Assembly: GCA_965206695.1 (NCBI GenBank) | Contig: CBDBKM010000011.1 | Coordinates: 352,001 to 416,000, forward strand | Reading direction: 5' to 3' | From: Chlamydiales bacterium | GTDB taxonomy: Bacteria > Chlamydiota > Chlamydiia > Chlamydiales > JAAZZY01 | DNA length: 64,000 bases | Shown: positions 34,611 through 45,992 of the stretch, piece after piece | How the letters are laid out: each line of letters opens with the position of its first letter | How positions within the stretch are numbered: the stretch's first letter is position 1 | Notes under the pieces: generated by a model | Seen by the model: the letters and a program-made list of their open reading frames with translations, nothing else | Databases searched by the model: none | Told to the model about the DNA's origin: nothing | Translations under genes and position numbers: made by a program

Positions 34611-35945
34611 TTATTTTTTCTGAAATATGATCTTCATTTGAATCATTTTTGTACTTGCCGGTATTGTTACTTTTCCTGTTAAAAATTCATGTTTCAACAC
34701 ATTTTCTTTGAATAAAACAGGAGCTAAATTCCTAAAATAAGCAGGGATTTTATGCTTTGTCCACCAGTTACTAAGTGACTGTTTTGGTGTATACTTACTT
34801 TCAAGAATCGGTTTTCTTAAAATATAAGAATCAAATGGAATAACAGCTGTAAAAGTACCTGTAAATAGGTTTTCCCAATTATCGCTATAAGAAATGCTAT
34901 CTTCGATTTCTTCTGCCAATATCTTCCATGGGCCAAAATTTGTTTCTCCCCTTTTTAAAGAGAAACAGGCTTCAGGAAGTATCGGCAAAGAATTTGAGAA
35001 AATAAACAGACGTCCTCTATCAACATAAAAAAGATGATTATACAAAATAAACTTTTTATTAGCTAACTTCAAACTAAGATATATAGCCAGCGTTTTCAGT
35101 TGATCTTTTTTTGGCTGAATATGTTGCTCTATACAGATTTTTCTTAGTAGATAGGTTAATTCTATAAGTGATGATTGATCTTTTTCTAAATTTAAATATA
35201 AACCAAAGGGTCCTTCATACATATCCTTCGTTTTATCGGCTATTTGTATATCCATATATTCTTTAAGTTCAAATGAGGAGTTGGAGAGTTTTGTAAGATT
35301 CGCTTTGATTTTTTTCCCAAAGACCTCCTCAAGATATGGGAAAATTGTCTTCCTCATACGTGCACGTAAAAAATAGGTATCTTCATTAGTTGAGTCATAA
35401 AGAGGTATAAGATTTTTACTATCCAGATACGAGAGCAATATCTTTTTTGAAATGCCAAGAAAGGGCCGCCATACTATCATTTGTTTGTGTTTACGTATTT
35501 CAGATATCCCCCCTAAACAAGTGATATCAGCCCCTTCAAAAATTCGTTTCAAAACAGTCTCTGCTAAATCATCTTCGTGATGACCGGTTAAAAGTGCTTG
35601 AAATTCATGTTTTTCATATAATAAAAGAAAAAAATCATATCTCTTTTGCCGGTACCAATCTTCTTTATTCTTTATTGGTTTTGTATCTGATAGGCGTAAA
35701 AGATGAAAAGGAAGTTTTAAAGCTTCGATTGTATCCTTAATGCCATTAGTTTCTTGACCACTCTCGGATCTCCAATTATGATCAACATGAGCCACATGAA
35801 GATCTAATCGGAACTCTGATTGTATAGCCAGCAAAGCATATAATAGAGCTAAAGAATCCGGTCCCCCGGAAAAAGCTAAGAGAATAGGTCCTTTGCATTG
35901 AAGATTTTTATTAAAAAAAGTTTTAAGTGTCTTTTCTACTAACAT
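34611..35945 (-). CDS. tilS: tRNA(Ile)-lysidine synthetase
   Basis: AFSGGPDS, HVDH, TGHHEDDLAET, WRP, DSTN; upstream of ftsH. Confidence 0.95.
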   Translation of the reverse strand: MLVEKTLKTFFNKNLQCKGPILLAFSGGPDSLALLYALLAIQSEFRLDLHVAHVDHNWRSESGQETNGIKDTIEALKLPFHLLRLSDTKPIKNKEDWYRQKRYDFFLLLYEKHEFQALLTGHHEDDLAETVLKRIFEGADITCLGGISEIRKHKQMIVWRPFLGISKKILLSYLDSKNLIPLYDSTNEDTYFLRARMRKTIFPYLEEVFGKKIKANLTKLSNSSFELKEYMDIQIADKTKDMYEGPFGLYLNLEKDQSSLIELTYLLRKICIEQHIQPKKDQLKTLAIYLSLKLANKKFILYNHLFYVDRGRLFIFSNSLPILPEACFSLKRGETNFGPWKILAEEIEDSISYSDNWENLFTGTFTAVIPFDSYILRKPILESKYTPKQSLSNWWTKHKIPAYFRNLAPVLFKENVLKHEFLTGKVTIPASTKMIQMKIIFQKK

Positions 35946-36073
35946 CGTTTTTCTTGATTTTAAGGAAGAATTATAAGGGAATATGACCTCTCTTTACAAG
36001 TTAATTTGCTTTTCTATTTTGCGTTTTCGGCCTTAAGAAGTATAATACCAAAGTATCAATAGTAGACCGGTGG

Positions 36074-37222
36074 ATGATGCCTATAATTTGGCGATATTTA
36101 TTAAAACAATATCTTAAAGTTTTCCTCTTAACGACCTGTTCTTTTGTGGCGGTGCTGTTAGTCACTCGACTAAAAGAAATCGCACGCTTTGCTTCATTAG
36201 GCCCTGAATTGCGTTATGTTTTACTTTTTGTGTTTTATCTTATCCCATATATTCTACCCATTGCTATTCCTATCTCTTGCCTCTTGGCCGGAATTCTATT
36301 ATTCCAACGCTTATCTCATACCCATGAACTGACCGCATTGCGAAGTTGTGGTTTTAGTTTAAGACAAATTACCTTCCCTGTGTTAATGACGGCAGCTTTT
36401 CTTGCTCTTATTAATCTGTATATTGTCTCAGAACTTACGACTTATTCACATTTATCTTCTCGTCGTCTGATGCACCAAATATCTACCATTAATCCCCTTT
36501 TCTTACTTCAAAATACTCAGATGCTGAAAATGCGAGAAATTTATGTTCAAACAGGAAATCTGGAGAACGGAAAAATAGTAGACGATTTAATTATTGTAGC
36601 TCGAGATGAGAATAATAACCGTTTAAATTTAATGAGCACAAAAAAAATGGTACTGGTAGATAAAATTTTAGAAGGTAATGATATCAATATCATTTCTAAT
36701 ATTAAAACTACCGAACCTCATGAATTCGATAATCTAATCATTGAAAATCAAGATGTAATGTTGACTAGCGCTAGAGATTTAGCCGGATTAATGAAAAAAA
36801 GTGGCTGGCGCATCAATAATGATTATTTTCAACTATCTCAATTACTTGTTCGCACAAAAGAATTATATCAACAATTTAGAGAACAACGTTTATTGGATAC
36901 CGATTCCGGTAAAATTCGTGGATTGAAACAACAACTTAATCGTTGTTTTTCTGAAATTACCAGACGAATATCAAGCGCTATGGCAACGTTTACCTTTACT
37001 TTTTTGGGTGTCAGTTTCGGAATGGAAATTAGTAGAAACCGGCGTAAGCAAGGGCTTATCTTTGTTATTATACTTCCTGCTGTTGCTCTGGCTTCTTTTT
37101 TTGCCGCTAAAAGCATGGAACAACATTTTTTTAGAGCAACAATGCTCTATATTATCCCACACTTTATTATGATAGGATTTGCTATATGGGGCCTTTCTCG
37201 AGTATCCAAGGGAATCGAATAA
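36074..37222 (+). CDS. lptF: LPS export permease, LptF/LptG family
   Basis: IWRYLLK, LPIAIPIS, HELTALRSCG; 3+3 TM layout. Confidence 0.85.
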   Translation: MMPIIWRYLLKQYLKVFLLTTCSFVAVLLVTRLKEIARFASLGPELRYVLLFVFYLIPYILPIAIPISCLLAGILLFQRLSHTHELTALRSCGFSLRQITFPVLMTAAFLALINLYIVSELTTYSHLSSRRLMHQISTINPLFLLQNTQMLKMREIYVQTGNLENGKIVDDLIIVARDENNNRLNLMSTKKMVLVDKILEGNDINIISNIKTTEPHEFDNLIIENQDVMLTSARDLAGLMKKSGWRINNDYFQLSQLLVRTKELYQQFREQRLLDTDSGKIRGLKQQLNRCFSEITRRISSAMATFTFTFLGVSFGMEISRNRRKQGLIFVIILPAVALASFFAAKSMEQHFFRATMLYIIPHFIMIGFAIWGLSRVSKGIE

Positions 37223-38292
37223 AAACAAGTAAAATTTGGCAACGTTATATTCTGATCGAATGCCTTAAAGTCTTCGTTTTATTCTTAGGTTGTTTCTACT
37301 TTCTCTACGTTTTAATTGACTATTCTATTCACGCCAACATGCTTAGTAAAGCTCCTATTTCTATAATCGCTATCCATTATCTTTGCCATTTTGCTAAACG
37401 GGCTGATATTTTAATCCCTTTTGCTCTTCTTCTAAGTACTGTGAAAGTTTTATGTAACATGAATTCTAATAATGAGCTTGTTGCCATGTTGGCCGGCGGC
37501 ATTCCTCTGAAATTCCTTGTTCGTCCCCTTATTGCCTTTAGTATTTTTCTCTCTCTTGTGCTTATATTAAATTCTGAGACTTTAGAGCCCCTGGCTTCAA
37601 CAAGTCTCGATAAAATTGAAGATGAATATTTTCATAATCGAACAAGGCAGATGACTAAGCGTCCTGTGAACACTCTGCCTTTAGATGATCATACAACCCT
37701 TGTTTTTCAATCTTATGATCCAATAGAAAAAGCTCTTTTTGATGTCTTTTGGATTCGAGATCCGGAGAATATCTATTATATCAAATACCTTTATCCTTAT
37801 GAACTTCCCCCATTAGGACGCCAAGTAGATTTCATTCAACGTAATGATCTGGGACAATTTGAGCGAAAACAATCATTCTCTCAAAAAAGACTACATGACA
37901 TGCGTATTCAATTTCAATCTCTCTTCAAAACAGTGGTCCCTGTAAGAAATAAATCTATCTCCTTTCTTTTTCAAGATTTGAATTCAAAATCTCACTTTGA
38001 AGGAGCTTTTAGAGCTGAATACCTTACTGCCTTAAATTATAAACTCTGTATGCCACTTCTACCGATTTTAGTCGTTATTGGCTGCGCTCCTTTCTGCACT
38101 CGTTTTGCAAGGCATATACCGATTTTCATTATCTATAGCTTAAGTATTGTCGGCCTACTAGCTTATTTTACCCTGATGAATGCAGCATACATTTTAGGTG
38201 AGAATCAGGTTATTTCAGCATATGTAACTATATGGATTCCTTTCCTCTTATGCTTCGGCTTTTTCTTTTATAAATATTTACGAATAGACTAA
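37186..38292 (+). CDS. lptG: LPS export permease, LptF/LptG family; start uncertain
   Basis: IWQRYI, NNELVAMLAGG; paired with upstream paralogue. Confidence 0.82.
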   Translation: MGPFSSIQGNRIKTSKIWQRYILIECLKVFVLFLGCFYFLYVLIDYSIHANMLSKAPISIIAIHYLCHFAKRADILIPFALLLSTVKVLCNMNSNNELVAMLAGGIPLKFLVRPLIAFSIFLSLVLILNSETLEPLASTSLDKIEDEYFHNRTRQMTKRPVNTLPLDDHTTLVFQSYDPIEKALFDVFWIRDPENIYYIKYLYPYELPPLGRQVDFIQRNDLGQFERKQSFSQKRLHDMRIQFQSLFKTVVPVRNKSISFLFQDLNSKSHFEGAFRAEYLTALNYKLCMPLLPILVVIGCAPFCTRFARHIPIFIIYSLSIVGLLAYFTLMNAAYILGENQVISAYVTIWIPFLLCFGFFFYKYLRID

Positions 38293-38300
38293 AGCTATTA

Positions 38301-39278
38301 TCATGTCGATAACTTCTGAAAAACGGATAAAACTCTTGGAACCGTAATAAATGTTTTCCAATAACGATCTCTTAAACGGCAACCTGCGATATTAAAAAGA
38401 AAAGACGGCGGTGCTAAAACTGCTACATCTCTAAAATCGGGTCGCCATAAGCGACTCATCCGACGATGCCAAAAAATAGATAATGTCGGAATATTTAAAG
38501 AAGCCGATATATGACCTAATGCTGAATCATTACCAATTAAATATCCTGATTGATAGATCAATTTAATTAATCCCACTAAATCAGGTGCTACATAATCATA
38601 ATTGAATAATAAGGGTTTTAGTTCTTCTTCTTCAAAAGAGCTGATAACAAATAAAGGTTGAAAACCGCTTTTTTTTAGACCGTCAAAAACCATTAGAAAC
38701 TTATCGAAACACCACCGCTTCTTCTGCTGCCCGGCAGTAGGATGGATCAACACACGATTTCTTTTGTTTTTAAAATTTAAGCATGCGAGAGGTGTCATCC
38801 CATTCCGGGAGGTATAGATAGAAAGCCCAAAAATTTCCTTAGATAATTTAAGGCAGTTTTGAACCATGCTAATTTTGGGGTCCAACTTTACATGTGATGC
38901 TTTTGAAGGCTTACTCAAAGTGGGGATAATAACAAATAACTTATCCTGTTTTGCCTTCTCTTCATATTTTAATAATTTCTTTTGGAGTGGCGTTGAGTCA
39001 AAAAATAAAAAAATCTTATCATACTGATGGTAAAAAGTTTCATGATCTGTAACCTCCTCATCACTTTGAATAGCCAAATGGGGGAACCATTCTTTTATTA
39101 GAATTAATTTAGGATGAAAAAAATTACATTCAATCCCATTAAGATAAAAGTTATGAGATAAGATAAGACTAACAATTCCATCTCCAATGGGATGGCTACA
39201 GATGATAGCAACTTTTTTCCCCTGAAATGAAGGGAGAAGAGGTGTTTCAATTTTTTTTCTTAAATCGTATAGCAGCAT
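38301..39278 (-). CDS. Glycosyltransferase family 9 (heptosyltransferase-like)
   Basis: IGDG, IHP...KRW, IGNDSALGHISASLNIPTLSIF. Confidence 0.88.
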   Translation of the reverse strand: MLLYDLRKKIETPLLPSFQGKKVAIICSHPIGDGIVSLILSHNFYLNGIECNFFHPKLILIKEWFPHLAIQSDEEVTDHETFYHQYDKIFLFFDSTPLQKKLLKYEEKAKQDKLFVIIPTLSKPSKASHVKLDPKISMVQNCLKLSKEIFGLSIYTSRNGMTPLACLNFKNKRNRVLIHPTAGQQKKRWCFDKFLMVFDGLKKSGFQPLFVISSFEEEELKPLLFNYDYVAPDLVGLIKLIYQSGYLIGNDSALGHISASLNIPTLSIFWHRRMSRLWRPDFRDVAVLAPPSFLFNIAGCRLRDRYWKTFITVPRVLSVFQKLST

Positions 39279-39512
39279 TTATGGATGACATCCATGAGAA
39301 CCATCACAATAAGGCATAGTTGAAGACTCATAACACCCACAAATTGAAACAGTTTTATCCTCGTCAAAAGTAACACGATAAGGCTCAAACCCTTCCCCTT
39401 TATGACTACCGTCACACAAAGGAGCCTTTGAAGTCATACGACATGAGCAAAAGGACATTTTCTCTCTTTTTTTCACTTGCATCTTAATGACATTCTCATG
39501 ATTTTTATCCAT
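39279..39512 (-). CDS. CDGSH iron-sulfur protein with two CDGSH motifs
   Basis: CSC...PLCDGSH and CGC...PYCDGSH. Confidence 0.93.
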   Translation of the reverse strand: MDKNHENVIKMQVKKREKMSFCSCRMTSKAPLCDGSHKGEGFEPYRVTFDEDKTVSICGCYESSTMPYCDGSHGCHP

Positions 39513-39558
39513 AGTACCCTCATTATAATTGTGCGTTCTTGAAGTGCCATAGTTAAAA

Positions 39559-39675
39559 AGACCTCTGCATAACTTACATTTTTAATCACAATCGAACCTT
39601 CAGATGTAAGTTAAAGACATTATAAATATATTTTTGACAAATCGACGACTAAATCAATAAGTTATACAGAGGTCT
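39559..39675. mobile_element. 117-bp MITE
   Basis: TIR AGACCTCTGCATAACT / AGTTATACAGAGGTCT. Confidence 0.8.
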
Positions 39676-39691
39676 TTTAAATAAGTTAGCA

Positions 39692-40167
39692 TATACTATT
39701 CGCAGATGAAGGGTACACAAAAAAGTATAAATATGATATTAATTTTGTATAAACCAATTAACTCCAAATCAAAGAAGCACTTTTGAATGTCGGGTACAAA
39801 AGACCCGTAATATCAATGAATGTAATCGTTTGTGTGTGCTTCTTGTACGAGATGACGGTTGGAACCTGATCTCGTTGCTCATGTTCTGCGCTTAAACCGG
39901 TCGGGTATTTATGAGTATTTGATGGAATTTCAATCAGAACATCCTGATTATCACGCCCAAACTGTATGTAGGTGGATCCAAAAAGAAGTTAAGAAAACGA
40001 TTAAGATCACAAAATAAGTAAGCTGAAATGCCTATTATTGAAGCTTTACGACTTGAGGATATGACAATCAGGTCAAAAGAATACTCTACGATTGAAGGAA
40101 GTGAGGTCATTGACTTTTTAAGAAGGATTAGAAAAGCATTTACAGGCTTCCAATGTGAATGAGTATA
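39692..40167 (+). mobile_element. Internally deleted IS630 remnant
   Basis: Ends TATACTATTCGCAGATGAAG / CTTCCAATGTGAATGAGTATA; fragments such as KEYSTIEGSEVIDFL. Confidence 0.6.
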
Positions 40168-40275
40168 TACCGAAAGGCAGCCGGTAATTTAAGCCTTTGG
40201 AGATCATGTTAAGCTAACGCTTGTCAGCAATGGTCGTTGCATGAGGAATCCCTCCCCTTTAGAGGGCACTGTCAA
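40167..40275 (+). ncRNA. Orphan IS605 right end / omegaRNA-like scaffold
   Basis: GGTAATTTAAGCCTTTGGAGATCATGTT...GGAATCCCTCCCCTTTAG...CTGTCAA, homologous to 21768-21880. Confidence 0.7.
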
Positions 40276-40289
40276 GGAATCTAAAAACA

Positions 40290-40766
40290 TTATCTCTTTT
40301 TTGATAAACGTTCTTTTCGACGCATGTCAGCTTCCTCATAACGCCTTTTTTCATCCTCAGTTTGAGGTATTATAGGTGCTACAGCGGTAGGTTTATTATT
40401 ATCATCTAAGGCAACAAAAGTAAAAAACGCTGAAACAACGCGTTTTTCTTTCCCTGTCTTAAAATTCTGAGCCATGACTTTTATGCCAATTTCCATAGAA
40501 GTTCCCCATGCTCTATTGACAGAAGCTTTAAATATCAAAACCTCACCTCTTAGAGTAGGTTCTCTAAATCTCATAGAATCGACTAAGATCGTGGAACATA
40601 CCCGTTCGCTATGTCGCTTGGCAGACGTTGCAGCAACTCTATCCGCCATTTCCATGATTCTTCCACCAAAAGCAGTATTATTTGAGTTTAAATCATTTGG
40701 AAATATTTCATAACTTTGATCATGAATTGCCGAAGCAGCAACAGGTTTTCCCTTCTTTATATTCAT
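40290..40766 (-). CDS. Acyl-CoA thioesterase (YciA-like hotdog fold)
   Basis: DLNSNNTAFGG, GTSMEIG, AFFTFVALD. Confidence 0.93.
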   Translation of the reverse strand: MNIKKGKPVAASAIHDQSYEIFPNDLNSNNTAFGGRIMEMADRVAATSAKRHSERVCSTILVDSMRFREPTLRGEVLIFKASVNRAWGTSMEIGIKVMAQNFKTGKEKRVVSAFFTFVALDDNNKPTAVAPIIPQTEDEKRRYEEADMRRKERLSKKR

Positions 40767-40873
40767 TATCCGCCTCCCCTTTTGAAGTTATAAATAATAA
40801 ACTTACGCAATCAAAGCAAGGAAAGACCTTATAAATCCTATCTCATATAAAGTCAGACACTTAGAAACTAATG

Positions 40874-42082
40874 TTATTTTAAAACAGTAAGAACTTTTAG
40901 AAGTTCATCGATAAATTGATCGACTTCTTGCTTTGTATTAAACAAGGAAAAAGAAATCCTAGCCGTAGTTGATACGTGATATCTTTGCATAGTTGGTTGA
41001 GCACAATGATGACCGGTTCTCATAGCAATTCCTTTTAAGTCCAGCAATGTTCCAAGATCCAAAGGATGAGTACCGTCCACGACAAAACTGATGATACCTA
41101 CCTTGTTTGATGCTTGTCCAATAATACGAAGGCCCTCTATCGCAACCATTTTTTTAGTCGCATATAAAAGCAATTCCTGTTCCCAATCAGAAATAGGTGA
41201 CAAACCAATATTGGTAAGATATGCAATCGCTGATCCAAGACCTAAAATACCTGCTATATTGGGAGTGCCCGCTTCAAACTTCATGGGTAAATGGGCATAA
41301 GTTGTTTTATTAAAAGAAACCGATTCAACCATGTCTCCTCCTCCATGAAAAGGAGGCATTTTTTCTAATAATTTTTCTTTCCCATAAAGTATTCCGGTTC
41401 CGGTAGGCCCCATTAGTTTATGGCCTGAAAACACATAAAAATCTGCATCTAAATCTTGAACATCAACCACAGAATGGGCTGCACCCTGCGCTCCATCAAT
41501 GATAACATGCGCTCCGGCACGATGGGCCATTCGAATCATTTCTTTAATGGGGTGGACGGTTCCAATAGAATTGGAAATATGAGCAATACTAACTAAGGCG
41601 ACCTTATCAGTTAAAAGCTTTTTATACTCATCTAGCAATAATTCCCCTTTATCGTTAACAGGGATTACTTTTAATGTAACATGCTTTCTATCTTGAAGTA
41701 ATTGCCAGGGAATAATATTTGAATGATGCTCTAATTCAGAGAGAATAATCTCATCACCATCTTTAATAAAAGCATCAGAAAAGCTATATGCCAAAAGATT
41801 TATCGATTCTGTTGTCCCCTTAGTAAAAATAATCTCTTCATCTTTTTTCGCATTAATAAAATTTTTAATGCAGGAACGCACCTTGTTATAGGCTTCAGTA
41901 GCTTTAACAGATAAAGAATAAACAGCTCGATGAACGGTACCATAAGAATGACTATAATAATCTGTAACCGTATCGATAACAGTTTGAGGCTTGAGGGCTG
42001 TCGCGGCTGAATCAAGATAAATAAGCGGATTCCCATTGACTTTTTGTCTAAGCATAGGAAAATCTTTTCGATACTGTTGCAT
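40874..42082 (-). CDS. sufS: Cysteine desulfurase
   Basis: YLDSAATA, EHHSN, DGAQ, FSGHK, FEAGT, RTGHHCAQP. Confidence 0.97.
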   Translation of the reverse strand: MQQYRKDFPMLRQKVNGNPLIYLDSAATALKPQTVIDTVTDYYSHSYGTVHRAVYSLSVKATEAYNKVRSCIKNFINAKKDEEIIFTKGTTESINLLAYSFSDAFIKDGDEIILSELEHHSNIIPWQLLQDRKHVTLKVIPVNDKGELLLDEYKKLLTDKVALVSIAHISNSIGTVHPIKEMIRMAHRAGAHVIIDGAQGAAHSVVDVQDLDADFYVFSGHKLMGPTGTGILYGKEKLLEKMPPFHGGGDMVESVSFNKTTYAHLPMKFEAGTPNIAGILGLGSAIAYLTNIGLSPISDWEQELLLYATKKMVAIEGLRIIGQASNKVGIISFVVDGTHPLDLGTLLDLKGIAMRTGHHCAQPTMQRYHVSTTARISFSLFNTKQEVDQFIDELLKVLTVLK

Positions 42083-42104
42083 AGTACCTTCTTAATTTAA
42101 AAGA

Positions 42105-43394
42105 CTAATGGTTAATTAATAACTTCATTATCATATTTTTTGCTGAAGTGATACCAATTTTATCAAGCACTTCTTGCACGAATGCTTTTATTAAAAGCTT
42201 CTTAGCCTGTTGTTCTGATAACCCTCTTGTTCTTAAATAAAATAGAGGTTCAGAATCAAGCTTACCCACAGTTGCTCCATGTGACGCTTTTACATCATCA
42301 GCGAAAATCTCTAAATTTGGCTTGCTATCCGCTTTTGCTTGATCACTTAACACCAAATTATTATTTAATTGATATGCATTGGTTTTTAGTGCAGTAGGAT
42401 GAACATAAACCTTCCCTTCAAAGCTGGAATGACTCTGATCGTATAAGATGCCTTTATAAAGTTGCCTTGATTCACAATGTGGTGCACGATGATCCATATG
42501 TACATAATGATGAGCTTGATTTTTCTTCTTTAAAATCCAAGTACCTAAAACCTCTGCAGAAGCATTTTCTTCTGTCAAAGCAATATAAGCATCGCTACGA
42601 TAGGTTGAACAACCATTCGTAACGACAATATTTTTAAAATTAGCATCTCTTTTTAATGAAGCTCGAATGATATCGAACTGCCAATTATCTGAATATGGAT
42701 TGGCTGAATTGATAAACTCTACATTGGTATTAGATTCTAAAACAAAGTCATAATAGGCATTCTTCCAGAAGCTACCCATTGAATCTGAGTGCAGGGTTGA
42801 GACCAATTTTACAGAAGAATGTTTACTTGCAAAAAGATGAATTCTTGGCATGATCCGGATATTATGAGAACCCACAATATTAAGAATTTGGATGGGATTG
42901 TTAATCATTAGATTAGGTGGTAAATATAAAAATACTCCGCCTGTATGTATCGCTCCATTTAATAATGCAAAGGGATTCGTCTCCCCTTTTAAAGACCGGT
43001 TCCAGTGATTCTGAATAAAAGCTCCATAGGTCCTAAGAGAAGAAGAAAGATTAGCGATAATGAATTCTTTAGGTAATGCTGATGTATCACTAAGATCATC
43101 TCTAAATTCACCATTCGCAAACACCAAGTGAGAATGCGTACAATCAGGTAATATATCATTCTGAATATCATCTTTAAGGATATCCATTCTCTTAGCTATA
43201 TTATAATCCACATTGTACAATTGATTTAACCGTATGTATTGAAAAGCCTCATGCTTTTTTTGCGGTAGGCCTAAAGAGGTAAATCCTTCCCAAGATTGTT
43301 TTCTCATCTGATAAAATGGATCAGATTTAGAAAACCCGTTAAAATAGGTTTCTTGTCTTTGTTGGAATTCGGTTTCTAAATTTAGCGAAAGCAT
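42105..43394 (-). CDS. sufD: Fe-S cluster assembly protein SufD
   Basis: SKPNLEIFADDVKASHGATVG, FYLRTRG. Confidence 0.95.
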   Translation of the reverse strand: MLSLNLETEFQQRQETYFNGFSKSDPFYQMRKQSWEGFTSLGLPQKKHEAFQYIRLNQLYNVDYNIAKRMDILKDDIQNDILPDCTHSHLVFANGEFRDDLSDTSALPKEFIIANLSSSLRTYGAFIQNHWNRSLKGETNPFALLNGAIHTGGVFLYLPPNLMINNPIQILNIVGSHNIRIMPRIHLFASKHSSVKLVSTLHSDSMGSFWKNAYYDFVLESNTNVEFINSANPYSDNWQFDIIRASLKRDANFKNIVVTNGCSTYRSDAYIALTEENASAEVLGTWILKKKNQAHHYVHMDHRAPHCESRQLYKGILYDQSHSSFEGKVYVHPTALKTNAYQLNNNLVLSDQAKADSKPNLEIFADDVKASHGATVGKLDSEPLFYLRTRGLSEQQAKKLLIKAFVQEVLDKIGITSAKNMIMKLLINH

Positions 43395-44155
43395 TATTCT
43401 ATTTCCCCAAAAGAAGATTGCTCGACCCAATCATACCCTTTTTCTTCTAAGGTCAAAGCCAATTGAGCATCCCCTGATTGAACAATTTTTCCACCAATCA
43501 TAATATGCACTTTATCGGGTTGGATATAATCTAAAAGCCGTTGATAGTGCGTAATTAAAATAAGGCTCTTATCCTTATCTATTAGAGTCTTGATCCCTTC
43601 GGCTACAATACGTATAGCATCAATATCAAGCCCCGAATCCGTTTCGTCTAAAATAGCAATTTCAGGTTGAAAAATAGCCATTTGTAAGATTTCATTACGT
43701 TTTTTTTCTCCGCCTGAAAAGCCCTCATTAACACTTCTGGTTTTAAACTCTTTTCTCATTTTCATTACCTGCATTTTTTCATCAAGCAAGTCGGTAAAGG
43801 TCTTTCCATCTACCGTATCTTCTCCCTTTGCTTTTAAAAGGGCATTATAAGCTGAAAATAAAAACTGTTCATTGTTGACACCGGGAATTTCTAAAGGATA
43901 TTGAAAGGTCATAAAAAGGCCTAAATGCATCCGCTCTTCAGGTTCTAACTCTAAAATATTTTGATCCTTATAAATAACGGTTCCATCTGTTACTTCATAT
44001 GAAGGATGGCCTGCTAATACTTGAGCTAAAGTTGATTTCCCTGAACCATTTGGCCCCATAATTGCATGAATTTCTCCTTTTTTTACGGATAAATTCAATC
44101 CTTTAATAATCGGGGTGTCTTCAATAGCCACATGTAAATTCTTTATCGTAATCAT
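43394..44155 (-). CDS. sufC: Fe-S cluster assembly ATPase SufC
   Basis: GPNGSGKST, FQYPLEIPG, FSGGEKKRNEI, LDETDSGLD. Confidence 0.97.
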   Translation of the reverse strand: MITIKNLHVAIEDTPIIKGLNLSVKKGEIHAIMGPNGSGKSTLAQVLAGHPSYEVTDGTVIYKDQNILELEPEERMHLGLFMTFQYPLEIPGVNNEQFLFSAYNALLKAKGEDTVDGKTFTDLLDEKMQVMKMRKEFKTRSVNEGFSGGEKKRNEILQMAIFQPEIAILDETDSGLDIDAIRIVAEGIKTLIDKDKSLILITHYQRLLDYIQPDKVHIMIGGKIVQSGDAQLALTLEEKGYDWVEQSSFGEIE

Positions 44156-44177
44156 AAATAATTATTTATTCCTTTAT

Positions 44178-45617
44178 TTAACCCACAGAGTGTTCTAATT
44201 TAAGAGTTAAAAGTTTTTGTGCTTCTTGAGCGAACTCTAAGGGTAATTCTTTAATCACATCCTTGCAAAAACCATTAACGATCATATTTATTGCATCCTC
44301 TCTTGATATACCTCTTGATTGAAGATAAAAAAGTTGCTCTTCATTCATCTTCGAGGTTGAAGCTTCGTGCTCTACTTCACTTGAAGAATTATTCACTTCG
44401 ATATATGGAAATGTATTGGCAGAACATTGATTGCCAACTAACATTGAGTCACATTGAGTATAATTTCGTGAATCTTTTGCCCTTTTATTGATTTTAACAA
44501 GTCCACGATATGAATTCGCAGAATGATCCGCTGAAATGCCTTTAGAAATGATTGTCGAATGAGTATTCTTGCCCATATGAATCATTTTTGTTCCGGTATC
44601 CGCTTGCATTGTGCCATTAGTTAAAGCAACAGAGAAAAATTCTCCTTTAGAATAATCGCCTCTTAAAATACAGCTGGGATACTTCCATGTAATCGCAGCT
44701 CCGGCTTCTACTTGAGTCCAGGAAATTTTAGAGTAGTTACCTGCACAAAGTCCTCTTTTCGTTACAAAATTAAAAATACCACCCTTACCTGTTTTCGGAT
44801 CTCCTGCATACCAATTTTGCACCGTAGAATATTTAATTTCAGCTTTCTCATGCGCAACCAATTCCACAACAGCTGCATGTAACTGGTTTTTATCAAAAGC
44901 AGGAGCTGTACATCCTTCCAAATAACTGACATATGATCCTTCTTCAGCAATAATCAAAGTTCTTTCAAATTGACCTGTCTCCCGTTCATTAATTCTGAAA
45001 TAGGTAGATAATTCCATCGGACACATCACTCCTTTGGGTACATAAACAAAAGAACCGTCGGTAAAAACAGCCGAATTTAAAGTCGCATAAAAATTATCGC
45101 CGATAGGGACCACTGAGCCTAAATATTTTTCAATTAAATTAGGGTATTCTTTTACTGCCTCAGAAATAGAACATAAAACAACACCTGATTCTTTCAGTTT
45201 TTTTTGAAATGTCGTTCCAATAGATACTGAATCAAAAACCATATCTACAGCGACGTTGGTTAACCTTTTTTGTTCATTAACAGGAATACCCAATTTCTCA
45301 AAAGTCTTTAATATTTCGGGATCCACTTCTTCTAAAGAACCCAACTTGGGTTTATTTTTAGGCGCTGAATAGTAGCTGAAATTCTGATAATCGATTGCCT
45401 GATATGAAATATTCGGCCATCTTGGTTCAACAGACTGTAGCCATTTACGATAAGCTTTAAGACGAAACTGCAGCATAAAATCCGGTTCTTCTTTCTTCGC
45501 TGAAATAGCGCGAATAACACCTTCATTTAATCCTTTAGCAAAAGTTTCTGTTTCAACTTTCGTTACAAAACCATACTTATATTCTTCTTTAGCCTCAAAT
45601 GAGATGTCCTTATTCAT
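44178..45617 (-). CDS. sufB: Fe-S cluster assembly protein SufB
   Basis: [34 protein letters not shown]. Confidence 0.98.
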   Translation of the reverse strand: MNKDISFEAKEEYKYGFVTKVETETFAKGLNEGVIRAISAKKEEPDFMLQFRLKAYRKWLQSVEPRWPNISYQAIDYQNFSYYSAPKNKPKLGSLEEVDPEILKTFEKLGIPVNEQKRLTNVAVDMVFDSVSIGTTFQKKLKESGVVLCSISEAVKEYPNLIEKYLGSVVPIGDNFYATLNSAVFTDGSFVYVPKGVMCPMELSTYFRINERETGQFERTLIIAEEGSYVSYLEGCTAPAFDKNQLHAAVVELVAHEKAEIKYSTVQNWYAGDPKTGKGGIFNFVTKRGLCAGNYSKISWTQVEAGAAITWKYPSCILRGDYSKGEFFSVALTNGTMQADTGTKMIHMGKNTHSTIISKGISADHSANSYRGLVKINKRAKDSRNYTQCDSMLVGNQCSANTFPYIEVNNSSSEVEHEASTSKMNEEQLFYLQSRGISREDAINMIVNGFCKDVIKELPLEFAQEAQKLLTLKLEHSVG

Positions 45618-45824
45618 TTTATTCTTTTAAATGCCTGATGATTGATTCAAATTACTAAATTTTGAAAGCCACTATAGCACTTAATTTTTAAATGTTTCAA
45701 TGTTTTTAAAACCAATTAGAATGAAACCAATACTTCAAAGGATTTTTTCAAATTATTCCAATATTTGTGACGATTTTTTAATTGCCATAATTTCAAGTTT
45801 AAAGTTGATGAAAAGATCAAAAAA

Positions 45825-45992
45825 AAACCTCTGCATAACTGACTTGATAATATTTTTTAAAACTCACTAATTATCTAAACTTATTTTTCATTTATTTTGA
45901 TAAATTTTATAATAAGCAGGCTTTTTATTATGGGTGCAAGGCATCGCATAGGCACCAAGAATCGTTGCCGGAAATCCCTTATACAGAAGTCT
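45825..45992 (+). mobile_element. MITE of about 168 bp
   Basis: TIRs AAACCTCTGCATAACT / TTATACAGAAGTCT; inverted homologue at 48235-48343 plus 49986-50027. Confidence 0.8.
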
